NCBI GenBank assembly: GCA_964500505.1
Contig: CAZCNN010000001.1
Coordinates: forward strand, 205,056-269,055
Reading direction: 5' to 3'
Length of the DNA stretch: 64,000 nt
Source of the DNA: an uncultured Bdellovibrionales bacterium
Lineage (GTDB): Bacteria; Patescibacteriota; Minisyncoccia; Moranbacterales; UBA1568
Below are positions 1-8,314 of this stretch, piece by piece. Numbering within the stretch: the first letter of the stretch is position 1; each line of letters opens with the position of its first letter. Below the pieces are notes generated by a model that made no database searches, was not told the origin of the DNA, and worked only from the letters and a program-made list of their open reading frames with translations. Position numbers and translations under genes: made by a program.

Positions 1-414
1 ATCCACCTCGGATGATTCATCCACTACATCCATTACTTCTTCCTCTGCTGGTACCATGAAATCCTCCGGATGAGTACAACTTTCTCCTTCAGGAACGCTC
101 TCATCCGAACAAAATTCTTCAGAGCACGACGCTATAGCTCCACAGTCTATTTCCGGGCATTCACCCAGATGGGGGTCACACAGTAAGACGTCACTCGCCT
201 GCACTGTCTGAATCTTATAGTACTCCGGTTCAGCATCAGGCTCACATTCTTCCAGACATGGTCGTTCGAAACAGACTTCTGACTGGGGATCACACTCCAC
301 TTCTGCTTTAAGCGTGTAATCTCGAAGTATATAAAATTTCGAAAAAAGAGCAATGGTAACAAAAGCCACAGAAATGAAGAAAATCCAAAATATCAGTTTT
401 GATTTTCTGTCCAT
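1..414 (-). CDS. Cys-rich, acidic membrane-anchored hypothetical protein (runs off the window start)
   Basis: Not in the ORF track. Manual translation from ATG at 414 gives MDRKSKLIFWIFFISVAFVTIALFSKFYILRDYTLKAEVECDPQSEVCFERPCLEEC..., open to position 1. One N-terminal TM and 10 Cys. Confidence 0.8.
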   Translation of the reverse strand, partial: MDRKSKLIFWIFFISVAFVTIALFSKFYILRDYTLKAEVECDPQSEVCFERPCLEECEPDAEPEYYKIQTVQASDVLLCDPHLGECPEIDCGAIASCSEEFCSDESVPEGESCTHPEDFMVPAEEEVMDVVDESSEVD

Positions 415-485
415 ACAAACAAAAGATGGCGAATTAATTTCGTCTTTGCACCAAAATTGTACCACAAAATCGCCCCCAAACCAAG

Positions 486-521
486 AAAAAAGGCGTTTCA
501 TGTGGTTACCACAGAAACGCC
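486..521 (-). terminator. Rho-independent terminator of the CHAP/lipoprotein pair
   Basis: Minus strand GGCGTTTC-TGTGG-TAA-CCACA-T-GAAACGCC followed by T6. Confidence 0.8.
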
Positions 522-539
522 AGGGAGGCGGTACTTCGA

Positions 540-1967
540 TTACGACTTCGAGTAGCGCTGATAGACGGCGCAGACCTCGCCGGGACTCGGGTCACCAGTC
601 GACGGAACGGGTGCTCCGCCATCTACCCGTAAGCAGGCCCTGAAGCTGTGCCACTGCTTCTTCCATGCGGAGTTAGTCGGGATTCGCCAGCAGCCGTCGC
701 AGTCCATCTGATCCTCATCCGTGCTGCCAGGTGGCAACTCACGTGGTTCGATGGTGCCGTAGCCGATTACCTGATAGAGGCCACCCGTAGCGACAGGACT
801 ACTCACCTGATACACCACGCTGACATTTGCTCCGGGGGCAGCGGTGCCGTCATTCCGAATCCAGATGCGAGGCTTGGGGGCCGCGCCAGTATTCGTCGTA
901 CAGCAACCGACCTTGTCCTCGAAGCGTGTGATGACCAGCACAGGAGCCGGTCTTGGCGCTAGTGTCACCGTCAGACTCGTCGTATTGTTCGTCTCGTCTG
1001 TTTCGGTTTGAGCACCCTGATAGTCCACCGTGAACGTGAGAGTACAGGTACCAACCACGTTCGGCATGAGGACGGGCGTCTGGATTTCTTCCCAGGCACT
1101 AGCACCGGCAATCAGCGTTTCAGCGGTTGTACCATCGTCAGTCAGCATCGTCGTTGACCCCCCATTGCAGGAGACCGTGTACGAGCTACGGATGTCGGTC
1201 GTGGCATTGACCGTACCCGAGTTCGTGATCCAGGCACCGAGGCGGATATAGTCACCAGCATAAACGGGTGCTTGGAGCACCGTGAAGCCAGAAACCGTGA
1301 AGTCGACGTTCGGAACGTTCTCAACCTGGTTCGCCGTCACCTCGAACACCGCTTCAGTCGAGCAGTTATTGCTCTCGTGCTTCTCGCGATGATCGCCGCC
1401 GTTGTTGTGATCGTCTTGGGGATGGTCGATGCAGTAGACGATGTTGTAGATGCCTGGCGTGGTGATCCAGTCACTAATCTTGGTGTTCTTCGTCTCCGTG
1501 TTGGTATCCCCTGGCTTGAGGTTGTCACACTGAGTCGTCGTCGAATCGATGCGACGCCACGCATCACTGCCACTGTGGGCATCCTCCTTGTATCCCTTGG
1601 AGAGGTAGAAGTGGCCAGTGATGTCGCTGATCTCACCGCTCTTACAGGGCCCGTCACCGATATTGGCCGCCTGGGCCTTGGTGTCAAAGTTCTCGCCGAG
1701 GCCGAACTTGTACACCTCCGTCCCCCAGGGGGTTTGGAGCCAGACACGCTTGGTGACGAAATCGGGAGGATCAGGCAGGTCGTCAGTAGCCTCGGTTTCG
1801 GTACCGGGACCAACGCCGATAGTGATATCTTCGTCACAGTCTTCGGTAGACTGGACAGTCTTTCTCCCTTCTGTGGCAACCACCGTAGATTCGTCTTGTC
1901 CTCCCCCACAACTAAGGAGGAGGATACTGAGGAGGATGGTTGTAGCCATCCGGAACAGTTTCTTCAC
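540..1967 (-). CDS. Putative lipoprotein with tandem CARDB-like (Ig-fold) domains
   Basis: Lipobox LLLS-C; repeated motifs PDF/VDF...N.G...D....E..E.NN typical of CARDB; GTG start with AGGAG SD. Confidence 0.7.
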   Translation of the reverse strand: MKKLFRMATTILLSILLLSCGGGQDESTVVATEGRKTVQSTEDCDEDITIGVGPGTETEATDDLPDPPDFVTKRVWLQTPWGTEVYKFGLGENFDTKAQAANIGDGPCKSGEISDITGHFYLSKGYKEDAHSGSDAWRRIDSTTTQCDNLKPGDTNTETKNTKISDWITTPGIYNIVYCIDHPQDDHNNGGDHREKHESNNCSTEAVFEVTANQVENVPNVDFTVSGFTVLQAPVYAGDYIRLGAWITNSGTVNATTDIRSSYTVSCNGGSTTMLTDDGTTAETLIAGASAWEEIQTPVLMPNVVGTCTLTFTVDYQGAQTETDETNNTTSLTVTLAPRPAPVLVITRFEDKVGCCTTNTGAAPKPRIWIRNDGTAAPGANVSVVYQVSSPVATGGLYQVIGYGTIEPRELPPGSTDEDQMDCDGCWRIPTNSAWKKQWHSFRACLRVDGGAPVPSTGDPSPGEVCAVYQRYSKS

Positions 1968-1987
1968 GATGAGACTCCTTCATCCGG

Positions 1988-2704
1988 TTAGTTGGCAAAG
2001 CAGGCTTGAGGGCAGGCGGACTTGGTTGTGTATCCAGAAAATGCCTTTTGGCCATTTTCCGAACCAAGAATAAACCACTGAGTGGCATCTTGACACAGAT
2101 TCGTCCGTGGATACCAGCCCATGTAGATACTCTTGGGACTCTTGATCTTGCACGGTTTTTCAAGTGCCGTTTCGCAGGTAGGGCGGAGCCAGCCAGTCAC
2201 GGGATAATTCGTACCAAATGCACCTAACGAATACTGACCAGCGGCATTCCTAGAAAGCGAGATACAGAAATTGACATCGTTATTGTTTCCATCCTTACTG
2301 TTATAGAAGTTTTGCTGGGCTACGCAGACTTGACTATCACTCACAGAACGAATAACAGCGACGTGTCCGTGTGTACCCCCGTCAGAAACGAGCACATCCC
2401 CAGCTTGGGGTTGAACTGTAGATTGACCACCCGGATAGTATGCAAGGCCGAGTTTCTTTGCGTTAGTGGCGTAATTCTTCGCATCACCCACTGCTGGCAG
2501 TGCAATTCCGAAGAACTCCTGGTAGTAACGTTTTACAAACTCAACACACTGGTAAATCCCGTCTTCGAGCCTTCCAGAGTTTGAGTAAATTGTAACGCCG
2601 TTATAGTCACCCAGTACAGAACCATATGGCTCTTCAGTAGCGAATATGTTTCCGGCAAACATACAGCCAACTGCGAAAACAACAATAGACGTCTTGCGGG
2701 ACAT
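1988..2704 (-). CDS. Secreted CHAP-domain amidase/peptidase
   Basis: Signal peptide; YQCVEFVKRY (catalytic Cys) and GHVAVI (His), then AQQN; Cys-rich C-terminal tail; AGGAG SD. Confidence 0.85.
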   Translation of the reverse strand: MSRKTSIVVFAVGCMFAGNIFATEEPYGSVLGDYNGVTIYSNSGRLEDGIYQCVEFVKRYYQEFFGIALPAVGDAKNYATNAKKLGLAYYPGGQSTVQPQAGDVLVSDGGTHGHVAVIRSVSDSQVCVAQQNFYNSKDGNNNDVNFCISLSRNAAGQYSLGAFGTNYPVTGWLRPTCETALEKPCKIKSPKSIYMGWYPRTNLCQDATQWFILGSENGQKAFSGYTTKSACPQACFAN

Positions 2705-2719
2705 GTGAAAACTCCTAAA

Positions 2720-2748
2720 TTGTCAAAGGGCAGAACGGGCTAGTGCCC
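2720..2748 (-). promoter_or_regulatory. Possible boxB-like hairpin plus boxA-like antitermination site
   Basis: Minus strand GGGC-ACTA-GCCC then TGCCCTTTGACAA, resembling rrn boxA TGCTCTTTAACAA. Confidence 0.4.
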
Positions 2749-2807
2749 ACCTACGAACCCCAAAAAAATTTAGAATCCGTATAGTAAGCAAAAGCCAGAA
2801 AAAAAGA

Positions 2808-3473
2808 TTAGCGAACTAGTCCAAATGACTCTATCATTTTCTCATAAGTGCTCAAAGTATCACTTTGAATCTGGGTACCATTCGGATCGTACGTATATGC
2901 TAAAAGAAACATTTCGTTCCCTTTCTTCAAAAGAATAGTAACGACTTTTACACCAACTGGGTGATCTGTATTAGTTCTCTCAATCTTATATGCCATTTCA
3001 CCATTAATTTCAGGAAAACTTCTCTTTTCGTCTCCCTCAACATGACCGTATTTAAACTGATCATAAGAAATATTCGGATCAATCCTAAAAACTACTAAGC
3101 TTAGTTGTTTAATATCAAGAGGTCTATTGCCTAAATTAAAATTGTAAGCATCAGAATAGTTCGAAAATAGGGTATCGCCCCCCATAAGCTCTGCGTCTTC
3201 TTTCGGCCCACGCTGGGAAAAATCTTGATTTGCAAAACGGTCATCAACATACCACCCTTTTGGATACCGCATTGAATATCCGTACTTCTCATTCCGGTAC
3301 GTCTTCCAATCAGACGTATCGACATTATTCGTATCTGTATTTTCAGCGGTTTTCACTTCTTCTTTCAAACTATTCTTAGGCACTTCTTGATTCATTTTCT
3401 TGTTCCACACAAAAACTCCCCCAGCAACAATAATGAGTACAATGAGCACTAAGAGAACAAATTTTTTCTGCAT
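2808..3473 (-). CDS. Membrane-anchored PsbP-related protein
   Basis: N-terminal TM; WKTYRNEKYGYSMRYPKGW motif and C-terminal YEKMIESF typical of PsbP-like CPR proteins. Confidence 0.7.
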   Translation of the reverse strand: MQKKFVLLVLIVLIIVAGGVFVWNKKMNQEVPKNSLKEEVKTAENTDTNNVDTSDWKTYRNEKYGYSMRYPKGWYVDDRFANQDFSQRGPKEDAELMGGDTLFSNYSDAYNFNLGNRPLDIKQLSLVVFRIDPNISYDQFKYGHVEGDEKRSFPEINGEMAYKIERTNTDHPVGVKVVTILLKKGNEMFLLAYTYDPNGTQIQSDTLSTYEKMIESFGLVR

Positions 3474-3499
3474 AAGTAAATAAAAAGTTGATTGCTCTG

Positions 3500-3528
3500 A
3501 CTATATGATGAACGCTGGCGACTGTCAA
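3500..3528 (-). promoter_or_regulatory. Sigma70-type promoter
   Basis: TTGACA-N17-TATAGT upstream of the ORF starting at 3473. Confidence 0.75.
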
Positions 3529-3532
3529 TGGC

Positions 3533-3558
3533 AAAAAAGGGCCCGGAGGCCCTCTTTT
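3533..3558 (-). terminator. Terminator after the DsbA-like gene
   Basis: GGGCC-N4-GGCCC stem with T6 on the minus strand. Confidence 0.65.
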
Positions 3559-3581
3559 CTATTGCTCTGCTTCCGTGAAAT

Positions 3582-4223
3582 CTATTCGACTTGGTCCTGG
3601 ACTGATTTCTTGAGCGCCTCAAAGCTCTTTGGGTTTTCCATCTTCTGGCCATTCAAGAAAAACGTCGGGGTGCCGGTAATTTTCAGTTCATTGCCAGTGT
3701 CACGATCGCGATTGATCTTGTCATCGAGCGATGCATCCGCCATATCTTGATTGAACCGCTCCATATCGAGACCGATACGACCAGCATAGGCAGGAAAAAT
3801 ACTCTTCATCGGGTCAGCAGCATTTGACCATTCTTTTTGGTTGGCAAAAAGGAGGTCATACATCTCCCAGAATTTGCCCTGTCGTCCAGCGGCCTCAGCG
3901 ACCCGAGCAGCGGGGAGGGCATTGTCATGGATCTGAATGAGTGGATAGTGACGGATGACCACGCGGAGATTGTCGCCCATTTCCTTGCTCAGCTGTTCGA
4001 TAATCGGATAGTAAGCACCGCAAGCCGGGCACTGAAAGTCAGTGTACTCAACGAGCGTCACCGGAGCATCACTCTTGCCTTTGACCCAGTCCGAGTCAGT
4101 GACATCGATAGCAGAGCCGCTGGTCCCGCCCGTTTCTGCTGGAGTACCAAAGCCGACCTTCCATATGCCCCACACGACGAGTACCAGTACCGCGACTGCG
4201 CCCAATTTCATGAGTCCACCCAT
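3582..4223 (-). CDS. DsbA-family thiol-disulfide oxidoreductase
   Basis: EYTDFQCPAC active site, GTPTFFLNG cis-Pro loop, N-terminal TM. Confidence 0.9.
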   Translation of the reverse strand: MGGLMKLGAVAVLVLVVWGIWKVGFGTPAETGGTSGSAIDVTDSDWVKGKSDAPVTLVEYTDFQCPACGAYYPIIEQLSKEMGDNLRVVIRHYPLIQIHDNALPAARVAEAAGRQGKFWEMYDLLFANQKEWSNAADPMKSIFPAYAGRIGLDMERFNQDMADASLDDKINRDRDTGNELKITGTPTFFLNGQKMENPKSFEALKKSVQDQVE

Positions 4224-4255
4224 AGTGACAGAATAAAGTGAGGATTACTCCCCTA

Positions 4256-5431
4256 TCATACCGTTTTTGACTTTCCTTTGGCAAGCATGGCCCAGAGCTC
4301 ACGCGTCCGGTCGGCCGTCTCCCGCCAAGTAAACCGCCCTGCCTGGATCCTCCCCTCTCGGGCGAGCGAGGCGAGGAGTCCCGAGTGACCGAGTGTCTCA
4401 CGGAGCGCACGGTAAAGCTCGTCAGGCTGGTAGGGATCGATCATGATACCCGCTTTCCCGACGACGGCTGGGAGCGAGGAGGTGTGTGAAACAATCACCG
4501 GTACCCCCGAGGCCATGGCCTCAAGTGGCGGGAACCCAAATCCTTCGTAGAGTGACGGATAGACAAATACCGTCGCCAGATTGTAGAGCGCCACTTTGTC
4601 CTCATCAGCGATAAAGCCTGGGAGGTGAATCCGATCCCGGACAGGCGACTCCGCGAGCGCCGTCATGATATCATCACACTTCCACCCCGGAGTCCCGGCA
4701 AGCACGAGATCATACTTGGCGCTGTCTGGACCACCAGACGCGATGAGTGCCTCATACGCCTCGATGAGCGAGCGGATATTTTTGCGTGGTTCAAACGTCC
4801 CCAAGAACAAGATAAAGCGATATGGGAGATGATACGTCTCTTTGACCCGGATGAGGTCAGCGTGGTTCCGATCCATCGGGTGGAATCGGGCGTCGACTCC
4901 ACTCGGAATGACGACGATACGCTCAGGCGGTATACCGTACTCGGTGACGAGGTCGGCCTGCGTGGAGTGAGAGACGGCGATCACCCGGTCCGCCTCGCGA
5001 GCCAAACGACGGAAGTCAATGAGGTAGTGCCAGAGGCGTTGCTTCCACGAAAAAGTCTCGGGGAAAAGTTCAAACGAGAGGTCGTGCGCCGTTACCACGA
5101 GCCGGCACTCTTTCGACACCGAAGCAAAATTGAGGTTGGGAAGGAAAAAGACATCCACACCCCCGATGAGTCGGTCGAGCTTGGGATAGCGGAGGTACCA
5201 CAGAGCCAGATTGAGGAGCTTGTTCGGAAAATGAAAGACCCGGAGCGTCACCCGTGGATACGCCGAGAGCCACGAAAAATCTGGAGTGGTTTTGCGCCAG
5301 GCGTTGAAAAACAAGATGTATTCGTTATCGTCATCATGGAGAAAGAGCTCCTTGAGAAGCCCTAGAGTATACTCCTCTACTCCTGTCCGCTTCCCTTCGG
5401 CCAGACAGCGGATATCGATTCCTATGCGCAT
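4256..5431 (-). CDS. GT4 family glycosyltransferase
   Basis: MRIGID start, [22 protein letters not shown]. Confidence 0.92.
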   Translation of the reverse strand: MRIGIDIRCLAEGKRTGVEEYTLGLLKELFLHDDDNEYILFFNAWRKTTPDFSWLSAYPRVTLRVFHFPNKLLNLALWYLRYPKLDRLIGGVDVFFLPNLNFASVSKECRLVVTAHDLSFELFPETFSWKQRLWHYLIDFRRLAREADRVIAVSHSTQADLVTEYGIPPERIVVIPSGVDARFHPMDRNHADLIRVKETYHLPYRFILFLGTFEPRKNIRSLIEAYEALIASGGPDSAKYDLVLAGTPGWKCDDIMTALAESPVRDRIHLPGFIADEDKVALYNLATVFVYPSLYEGFGFPPLEAMASGVPVIVSHTSSLPAVVGKAGIMIDPYQPDELYRALRETLGHSGLLASLAREGRIQAGRFTWRETADRTRELWAMLAKGKSKTV

Positions 5432-5487
5432 ACGCAAACTATCAGTAAATCAGTCTTTCTTTCGTTCATTCATTCTTCCAGCTGGTG

Positions 5488-6096
5488 TTACTTCGCCAAG
5501 TAGTGTCTGATGAGCACGATCCAAAATCCAAAGAAAAGACCAAGGGCGAGACCGACCCCGAGCGCTAGCTCGAGACTGACTTGGGCTTCTCTCACCACAG
5601 GATCACTCCCAATGACCACGAACCAGCTCTTCTCTCGCTCTTCGGTATTGAGCGTATCCGTATAACGATTGAGGACCGTAACCGCAGCAACGGAGAGTTG
5701 CTCCAGTGTCTTTTTATTGTCCCCGCCATACTTGACCGTGATCATTTGAGAGGACAGGCGTCCAGCCGAGAAGACTGACCCAAGGGCCTTGGCATCGAGA
5801 CTCTCAGGATTGAGACGGGCCTCACGATAGATATCCTCGACCACACGGGGTGAGGCGAGCCAGCGGACGACTGTATCTGCGAACCGCTCGTCAGCCTGGA
5901 GTCGATAAAAGCTATCGTAGGTATAATCAGTCGTCTCACTCACGCCGGCCCGACCGATATTGAGGAGGAGGGTCGCCTGGTAGTTCACACTCTGCTCCTT
6001 CTGCCACAGCCAAGCGGTAAACACAAAAAATAACGTGATTCCAATATATAGCGTCCTCTCCTTCTTAAAAATTTGAATAATCTCTTTCAGTTCCAT
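5488..6096 (-). CDS. Wzz/CapA-like polysaccharide chain-length determinant
   Basis: MELKEIIQ start, two terminal TMs, Y.AT.LL motif, located between GTs. Confidence 0.6.
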   Translation of the reverse strand: MELKEIIQIFKKERTLYIGITLFFVFTAWLWQKEQSVNYQATLLLNIGRAGVSETTDYTYDSFYRLQADERFADTVVRWLASPRVVEDIYREARLNPESLDAKALGSVFSAGRLSSQMITVKYGGDNKKTLEQLSVAAVTVLNRYTDTLNTEEREKSWFVVIGSDPVVREAQVSLELALGVGLALGLFFGFWIVLIRHYLAK

Positions 6097-6099
6097 AAT

Positions 6100-6204
6100 T
6101 TTCAATAGTCAATTTTCAATTTCTAAACAATTTTCAATGCATCAATTTATGAAATTTCAAAATTGAAGAATTAGGTTATTGTTTGAAAATTAGAAATTAG
6201 AAAT
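6100..6204. repeat. Heptamer-periodic AT-rich inverted repeat
   Basis: TTTCAAT AGTCAAT TTTCAAT TTCTAAA CAAT... on plus, with an inverted arm TTCTAAT TTCTAAT TTTCAAA CAAT on minus. Confidence 0.7.
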
Positions 6205-7311
6205 TTTTCTCTTGAGGTGCTCCTTGAGCGCATTCTCTACATAGTCCTGTATTGTAGCCTTAAACCGCTCCTTGTCAAAACGGAGAGCTTTGGACCGGAT
6301 ATACTCAGGGTCAAATTGAGCTTCATCAAAGCTCTCTACGGCCGTCACAATGGCCTCGGCAGTCTGAGTGTTAAAGTAGACCCCCATCTTGCCCTCCTCC
6401 ATATGCTCGACGATGTCGCCACCTCGATAGGCAATGAGCGGTCGCCCCGAAGCCATAGCCTCGATCGCCACGATACCGAAATCCTCTTCCTGAGGAAACA
6501 CAAAGCCTCGACACTCGGCGTAGTAGTGCGGGAGGTCTTCTTCTGGTACCCGACCGAGGAACTCGATAGTCGGGCCAGCGAGCTTCTGGAGGCGCTTCAT
6601 CTCGGGCCCACGACCGATAATCTTGAGCGGGAGCTTGAGTCGATTGAACGCCTCGATGGCAATATCGTGCCGCTTGTAGGCAATGAGTCGTCCCACCATG
6701 AGGAAATAACCCTTCCTATCCCCCGGTTTGGCGACGTAGAAATTCTCCACATTGACGGGCGGATGGATGACGAGGGCGTCCTTGCGATAGTATTTGGCGA
6801 TGCGCTTCTTTACGAACTGCGAGTTCGCAAGGTAACGATCAACCCGGTCAGCACTGGCCTTGTCCCAGAGTCGAATTGGGCTCATGAAAAATGGCACCAG
6901 TTTTTTGATAATATTGGGAAAGCCAAAGTCCTGCGTATACTTCTGACAGTCATCCCAGGCATAGCGCATCGGGGTGTGCATATAGCAGATATGGAGGGTC
7001 TCCGGCCGAGTGATGATGCCCTTGGCATAGCTCGATGAATCAGAGAGGACGATATCGTACTGACTAAAGTCGAACTCCTCAATGGCGAGTGGCATGAGGG
7101 GTGGGAAAAAACGATGACGTTTGCGGGAAAACGGCAAATCCTGAAGAAACGAGGTATAGATGCGCTTATCAGCAAACTGCCCGCGCATGGCCTCCTTATC
7201 ATGAATGAGGGTGTATATCGGTGCATAGGGAAACAGCTCAGTAAAAGCCTGGAGCACCCGCTCCGCTCCCCCGTACTGCACCAAATAATCATGGACCAAT
7301 GCGATTTTCAT
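6190..7311 (-). CDS. GT4 family glycosyltransferase (mannosyltransferase-like)
   Basis: MKIALVHDYL..GGAERV, EDFGIVAIEAMASG. Confidence 0.92.
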   Translation of the reverse strand: MKIALVHDYLVQYGGAERVLQAFTELFPYAPIYTLIHDKEAMRGQFADKRIYTSFLQDLPFSRKRHRFFPPLMPLAIEEFDFSQYDIVLSDSSSYAKGIITRPETLHICYMHTPMRYAWDDCQKYTQDFGFPNIIKKLVPFFMSPIRLWDKASADRVDRYLANSQFVKKRIAKYYRKDALVIHPPVNVENFYVAKPGDRKGYFLMVGRLIAYKRHDIAIEAFNRLKLPLKIIGRGPEMKRLQKLAGPTIEFLGRVPEEDLPHYYAECRGFVFPQEEDFGIVAIEAMASGRPLIAYRGGDIVEHMEEGKMGVYFNTQTAEAIVTAVESFDEAQFDPEYIRSKALRFDKERFKATIQDYVENALKEHLKRKISNF

Positions 7312-7327
7312 ATATCCTTACTGTACC

Positions 7328-8296
7328 TTAGGCACGTTCTTTCTCCAACACCCGACCTTTCAGAATACCCAACCGTTCCCAGATGATGTCCCAGACGGAT
7401 TTGGTGCACTGGGCGAGGAGCATCGCCTGATCCTCAGAGCTCAAGACGAGTGGGTCAAGGGGTTGATCCTCCATCAGGTGATACATGACCGAGGTCGGCA
7501 TGGTCCCATGTCCGAGGCCGAGCGCGTGACCAAACTCGTGAGTCAAAACCGCGCGTAAATGTGACAAGTCGTCATACTGATAGATATTGATCTCGGTCCC
7601 TACATAGTCACCCTGATCAAATTCCCCCGGCTCTCCGTAGCGGTCGGTATACTCTTCAACCTGACTATTATACTCTTCAACCACTGCTACCTGCTTCTTG
7701 GAAAAGGCATTGACCTCACTTGCGAGGCGATTTACCTCTAGACGCTTAGCCTCGAGCGCCTTTTGCTCTTTTTCCAAAGCTTTGGCCACCTTCTGTAAGT
7801 CCTCATACTCCTCCGGTGGGGCTCCCCCTACCTTGTTCCACTTAATCACGTCAGCATTGTAAGCATCGAGTTGCTTCTTGAAAGAGGCGAGCATGCGCTC
7901 ATACTCACGTCCGGCCTGCTCATACAGTGCCAGTGTCTTACTTTGTTTCTGCTCCAACGTCTCCTGAATGCCCTGTGTCTTCTCAAGTGTCGCCTCAAGC
8001 TTCTGCCCTTCGATCGTCTGCTCCTGACGCGTATCAAAAATGAGGTTCACCTTGAATTGAGCACCAGGCACATACCGAAACAATTCCCGACCGAGCGTCT
8101 GTTCCCAGAGTCCTTCTGCCACAGTTGCTTCCGCCAAGAACTCCGCCTGACTGATACCAAAGCGCTCATCAAAAACACCAAGTGAATACTCGATTGGCCG
8201 CTCACACGGTAGTGGCACCGATCGCCACACCAAAGCTGTTCCGCCAACCAAAGCAGCTAAAAAAGCAAACTGTAAGAAATATTTTGATAAATGCAT
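7328..8296 (-). CDS. Membrane-anchored matrixin (M10) metalloprotease with coiled coil
   Basis: HEFGHALGLGH zinc motif and SVMY Met-turn; central coiled coil. Confidence 0.88.
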   Translation of the reverse strand: MHLSKYFLQFAFLAALVGGTALVWRSVPLPCERPIEYSLGVFDERFGISQAEFLAEATVAEGLWEQTLGRELFRYVPGAQFKVNLIFDTRQEQTIEGQKLEATLEKTQGIQETLEQKQSKTLALYEQAGREYERMLASFKKQLDAYNADVIKWNKVGGAPPEEYEDLQKVAKALEKEQKALEAKRLEVNRLASEVNAFSKKQVAVVEEYNSQVEEYTDRYGEPGEFDQGDYVGTEINIYQYDDLSHLRAVLTHEFGHALGLGHGTMPTSVMYHLMEDQPLDPLVLSSEDQAMLLAQCTKSVWDIIWERLGILKGRVLEKERA

Positions 8297-8314
8297 AACG
8301 ATCCGCTACCTGTA

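Noticed and set aside
147-362. 71-aa minus-strand ORF in the track
   Set aside because: It overlaps, in another frame, the more convincing Cys-rich ORF starting at 414.
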